From: Verrucomicrobiota bacterium
GTDB taxonomy: Bacteria > Verrucomicrobiota > Verrucomicrobiia > Limisphaerales > CANJXF01
DNA length: 64,000 nucleotides
Direction of reading: 5' to 3'
Assembly (NCBI GenBank): GCA_038214755.1
Contig: JBBQRQ010000015.1
Location: 1-64,000 of the forward strand
Shown piece by piece: positions 60,220 to 64,000 of this stretch. A program made the position numbers and the translations under genes. Under the pieces are notes generated by a model. That model had not been told where the DNA came from and searched no databases. It saw only the letters and a list, made by a program, of their open reading frames with translations. Each line of letters opens with the position of its first letter. Within the stretch, counting starts at the first letter, position 1.

Positions 60220-61716
60220 CTACGCTTTTAATTTTTTCTCCAAAATTTCTCCGATGAGATTCGGGTTTGCTTTGCCTTTGCTTAATTTCATAACTTGCCC
60301 CTTGAGAAAATTCAGCGCCGCCGGTTTGCCCGCGCGAAAATCTTCCGCGCTCTTCGGATTCGCGGCAATGGCATCGTCGCAAAATTTTTCAATCGCGCTG
60401 GTATCACTCACTTGCGCCAGACCTTTTTTCTCCACAATTTTCTCCGGCGCTTCTCCGCTGGAAAACATTTCGCCAAAAACGTCCTGCGCCATTTTGCTGC
60501 TGATCTTTCCGCTGTCCACCAGCGCAACGAGTTCAAGCAAAGCTTCGGGCTTGAATTTGAGAGTCGTCAAGGTTGCGTCCGTAGCAGCCGGCGTGAGGAG
60601 GCTCTGATCAATTTCGAGATTTTCAGTTAGAGCCTCCTTCCGTCGGCTGCTACACTCAGAAAGCTTCGCGCGCAGATTATTGATGACCCAGTTCGCGACG
60701 GCTTTTGGATTTTTCGACTGCTTCGCGATTTGCTCAAAATATTTTCCGAGCGGCACATCATTGACAAAAGTGTCTGCATCAGGCGCGGGCAATTGATAAT
60801 TCGTCATGAACCGCTGTTTCTTGGCGAAAGGAAGTTCAACCACGCGCGCTGAAATTTCTTCCAGCCAGCGCTCCGTCGGCTCAAATGGCATCAAATCCGG
60901 CTCTGGAAAATAGCGATAGTCATGCGCCATTTCCTTGCTGCGCATCGTCTCGGTTACTCCAGCGACATCGTCCCATCGCCGTGTTTCCTGTGACAGTTTT
61001 CCGCCCCTTTTTAATACTTCGATTTGGCGCGGAATCTCGTAATCCAACGCACGACGCGCGCCGCTGAAACTATTCATGTTTTTAATTTCGATCTTGGCGC
61101 CGAGTTCCTTTTGTCCGCGCGGGCGCACGCTGACGTTCACATCGCATCGCACCATTCCTTTTTCCATATCGCAATCGCTGACGCCGCCGTAGATCAAAAT
61201 CTCTTTGAGCGCGTTGAGATATTCGTAAGCCATGTCGGCGCTGGTGATGTCCGGCTCGGAAACAATTTCCAGCAGCGGAACTCCGGCGCGATTGAAATCA
61301 ACGCCGCTGTTTCGCTCGAAGTGAATATTTTTTCCCACGTCTTCTTCCAGATGCGCGCGCGTGATGCGGACGTGGGATACGCTGCCTTGAAATTCAAAAT
61401 CAACGTAGCCGTTCGCGGTGGAAGGTTTGTCGTATTGGGTCACCTGATAATTTTTCGCGGCGTCGGGATAAAAATAATTTTTCCGATCAAACTTTGCGTA
61501 ACGCGAAATCGAACAATTCAAAAGAAAGCCGGTGAGCACCGTCAGTCGCAACGCCTCTTCATTCGCCACCGGCAAAACGCCGGGCATCCCCAGGCAGACC
61601 GGACAGACATTCGTGTTTGGTTCCGCCCCGAACGCGTTGGCGCATCCACACCAAATTTTCGATTTGGTTTTAAGTTGCACATGCGTTTCGAGACCGATGA
61701 CCGTTTCGTATTCCAT
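60220..61716 (-). CDS. gatB: Asp/Glu-tRNA amidotransferase subunit B, with REP-derived insert
   Basis: IGLETHVQL, CLGMPGVLP, FDRKNYFYPD, HLEEDVGK, EIKNMNS, DYRYFPEPDL, GQVMK. Confidence 0.98.
   Translation of the reverse strand: MEYETVIGLETHVQLKTKSKIWCGCANAFGAEPNTNVCPVCLGMPGVLPVANEEALRLTVLTGFLLNCSISRYAKFDRKNYFYPDAAKNYQVTQYDKPSTANGYVDFEFQGSVSHVRITRAHLEEDVGKNIHFERNSGVDFNRAGVPLLEIVSEPDITSADMAYEYLNALKEILIYGGVSDCDMEKGMVRCDVNVSVRPRGQKELGAKIEIKNMNSFSGARRALDYEIPRQIEVLKRGGKLSQETRRWDDVAGVTETMRSKEMAHDYRYFPEPDLMPFEPTERWLEEISARVVELPFAKKQRFMTNYQLPAPDADTFVNDVPLGKYFEQIAKQSKNPKAVANWVINNLRAKLSECSSRRKEALTENLEIDQSLLTPAATDATLTTLKFKPEALLELVALVDSGKISSKMAQDVFGEMFSSGEAPEKIVEKKGLAQVSDTSAIEKFCDDAIAANPKSAEDFRAGKPAALNFLKGQVMKLSKGKANPNLIGEILEKKLKA
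60581..60653. repeat. Family A-like GTAG REP doublet inside gatB
   Basis: GTAGCAGCCGGCGTGAGGAGGCTCT...AGAGCCTCCTTCCGTCGGCTGCTAC. Confidence 0.88.
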
Positions 61717-61879
61717 AAATCACCAAGAGTACTGCCACAGAAAAATACCGATGAATACCGATTTTTGATAGCCGCTTGGTTCGCGATGCTCAAGGCGTCG
61801 GCCTTTCCATCCCAACAGAATTTCCGGCGGCAACGGTGTTTAAGGTGCAAGGGAAAAATTTGATTCTTTCCCAAATGGT

Positions 61880-62041
61880 GGGCGCATCCTGGCACAACCA
61901 CCAAAGTAGTGGGGCAGACATCCTGTCTGCCATCGGGGCTTCCAGCCCCAGGATTCGCGGGGCAAAATGCCCGCTTGAGACAGGCTGGTAGGCCTGCCCT
62001 ACTTTATCGGATTGGATTGGCTGTAGTGTCGAGATGCGCCC
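61880..62041. repeat. Composite palindromic element, family C
   Basis: Near-copy of 55856-56013 (ACCACCAAAGTAGTGGGGCAGACATC...GGGGCTTCCAGCCCCAGGATTCGCGGG). Confidence 0.85.
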
Positions 62042-62107
62042 GCAAATGGGAAACCCGTCTTTGGAAAGATTGACTCTCGAAAAATGTTCTGAACATCATT
62101 CGCCCGC

Positions 62108-62353
62108 ATGAAATCGGACCCATTGACGGCCGCGTTGAGAAGTGTTGCTGAAACCAAACATTTGTTGGAAGCGCTGATCTCTTCGTCCGAAGCGTTTGAC
62201 TATCAGCAAGCGAAAAAAACGCTCGCGATTTTGCAACACAAGGTGAAAGAACTGGCGTGTTTGCAGGCGGAGATGGAGGCGTTCGCGCAAACCCGCGAGC
62301 CGAATATTCAAGTCGTCAATTTTCGCTCCACGCCCCATCAAGCCGCGCAATAA
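62108..62353 (+). CDS. Small helical hypothetical protein
   Basis: 81-aa ATG ORF filling the intergenic space, convergent with and abutting ku. Confidence 0.6.
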   Translation: MKSDPLTAALRSVAETKHLLEALISSSEAFDYQQAKKTLAILQHKVKELACLQAEMEAFAQTREPNIQVVNFRSTPHQAAQ

Positions 62354-63193
62354 CTACGCCGCCTTCCGGAACTTTTTGGCGGCAGGTTTGCCCGACTTTT
62401 TTGTTTTCCCAGCGCCTTTGGTTTGATCGAGACTTTGTTGAAGAATTGAAACCAGGTCCACCACGTTGGTCGCCTTGGCAGACTTCGGTCTCGACTCAGG
62501 AAGTTCTTTGCCGCCGCTTTTTATTTTTTCCTGGATTACTTTCATCAACCCTTCGCGATATTCGTCTTTATATTTTTCCGGCTCCCAGTCGCCGCTCATC
62601 CCCTCGATCAGCGATTCGGCCATGGCCAATTCTTTTTTCCCGGCCTCGACCTTTTTCGGCAGGTTCAATTCTTTGGTGTCGGCCAATTCCTCGGCGAAGT
62701 GCATCAACTCCAAAACCAGCGCGTCATCCAGAGGCTTGACGGCAGCCAAATGCTCGCGGGTTTTAATGGTGACTTTGGCGACTCCCACTTTTCCTGAACG
62801 CTTCAATGCTTCGCGCAAAAGAACGTAGGCTTTGTCGCCGCCTTTTTCCGGCGCGAGAAAATACGGTTGATCAAAAAACATCGGATCGATCTCTTCCAGC
62901 GCCACAAATTCTTTGATGTCCACGGTCTGATTGGACTTGATGTTCACGCGCTCAAAATCTTTGTCGGTGAGAATGACAAATGAATCCTTCTCATACTCGA
63001 AACCTTTGACGATGTGATCCCAGGGAACTTCTTTCGCATCGGCTTCGGCGACGCGTTTGTATTTGACCGCGCTTTGGTCGCTGTCGCGCAACAGGCGAAA
63101 TTTAATTTCATTGGCCGGACGGGTCGCCGAATAAAGTGCTACCGGAATATTGACCAGGCCAAAACTGATCGAACCTTTCCAAATTGCTCGCAT
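62354..63193 (-). CDS. ku: Non-homologous end-joining protein Ku
   Basis: MRAIWKGSISFGLVNIPVALYSA, IVKGFE, FFDQPYFLAP, YKDEY, VVDLVSILQQSL, basic tail. Confidence 0.95.
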   Translation of the reverse strand: MRAIWKGSISFGLVNIPVALYSATRPANEIKFRLLRDSDQSAVKYKRVAEADAKEVPWDHIVKGFEYEKDSFVILTDKDFERVNIKSNQTVDIKEFVALEEIDPMFFDQPYFLAPEKGGDKAYVLLREALKRSGKVGVAKVTIKTREHLAAVKPLDDALVLELMHFAEELADTKELNLPKKVEAGKKELAMAESLIEGMSGDWEPEKYKDEYREGLMKVIQEKIKSGGKELPESRPKSAKATNVVDLVSILQQSLDQTKGAGKTKKSGKPAAKKFRKAA

Positions 63194-63381
63194 GAGAAAA
63201 TTTTTCCTTGACGCAAATGGAAAATCCAATCTGCGGATTTATGAAAAATTTATCCGGCATTGCCTGAGGAGCGCAGCGTTCAAGCCGCGTCAATCTATGG
63301 CGCTGTCATTTGTTTTGAACATTTCTCTTTCTAAGTCGTCTTAGAGAAACTACTCCTGATTCAATACGTGATTGCCCGCCT

Positions 63382-64000
63382 ATGCTCCCAATAACCGATC
63401 TGGAAGAAAAACTTTCAGAAGCATGCCCGGACTTTTCGGAAGATTCCAAACAATCTGCGCCGAATGGCTCTCTCAGTTCGATCGCGAAGCTGACTATTCC
63501 CGCCGAGGTTCTCAACCTTCTTCCTGCGGAGTTCGTCAAACGAAATCGTATCCTGCCTTTTAAAATTCAGGACGCCACGATTCATGTGGCGAGTTGCGAC
63601 CTTGGCAACCAACGAACCATCGAAGACATCCGGCTTATCACCGGTTTGGAGGTGGTGGAATTTGCAGCGTCGCCTGCGGAGTTGGCGGAGAAAATCGCCG
63701 AGTGTTACCAGGTGACGGTCGAGCAAATGGTCGGAAACCTGAACCCGGAGCGAACTACCTCCGCCGAAAGCAAGACGCTGCACGACATCGAAGTCATGGC
63801 CAATGAGCCGACGGTGATTAACCTGGTGAACCTGATTATTTCCACAGCCTTGCGCGAGCGAGCGAGTGACATTCACATGGTTCCGTTTGAAGAGAGGATT
63901 CAACTGAGGTATCGCATCGATGGTTTGTTGCAGGAGAAACCGCCGCCGCCCAAACAGCTTCATGCCGCTCTCGTTTCCCGCATCAAAATCATGGCGGACA
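63382..64000 (+). CDS. GspE/PilB family secretion ATPase, N-terminal part; runs off window
   Basis: Manual translation: ...LLPAEFVKRNRILPF...EPTVINLVNLIISTALRERASDIHMVPFEERIQLRYRIDGLL... Confidence 0.88.
   Translation, partial: MLPITDLEEKLSEACPDFSEDSKQSAPNGSLSSIAKLTIPAEVLNLLPAEFVKRNRILPFKIQDATIHVASCDLGNQRTIEDIRLITGLEVVEFAASPAELAEKIAECYQVTVEQMVGNLNPERTTSAESKTLHDIEVMANEPTVINLVNLIISTALRERASDIHMVPFEERIQLRYRIDGLLQEKPPPPKQLHAALVSRIKIMAD

Overview
A 64-kb bacterial chromosome segment. It is most likely from Verrucomicrobiota (Pedosphaera/Limisphaerales-like), inferred from RNase HIII, the PVC-type EF-Tu switch I, DUF1080 genes, prepilin/H-X9-DG genes and a Verrucomicrobia-type secreted-protein tail. 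The backbone carries lpxI (partial), dksA-rpmG-rpsR, nfo, mutY, rnhC, the tRNA-Thr/tuf/tRNA-Trp/tRNA-Ser/secE/nusG/rplKAJL/rpoBC cluster, a topoisomerase II B subunit (parE-like), gatB, ku, a partial gspE/pilB and five tRNAs. Main observations: (1) Cargo DNA has accumulated at conserved genes with no integrase in view. Two diverged remnants of the parE 3' end separate two cargo blocks, and a decayed copy of the promoter region plus 5' end of tRNA-Arg bounds a 7-kb signalling island. (2) A tightly coupled operon of unknown function: radical SAM, Ycf46 AAA+, DUF1257, DUF2997, an inactive S26-like protein, TPR and PilT. (3) REP-like palindromes sit in frame inside gatB, mutY and a small operon gene. 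(4) A PIN toxin/partner pair lies between rpoB and rpoC. (5) An NsrA-like FecR-TPR-beta-barrel receptor is paired with a CHASE2 Ser/Thr kinase. (6) A Cys-poor dksA/L33/S18 cluster sits beside a ZIP transporter. All calls come from reading sequence and motifs by eye; no database searches were run, and several start codons are best guesses.
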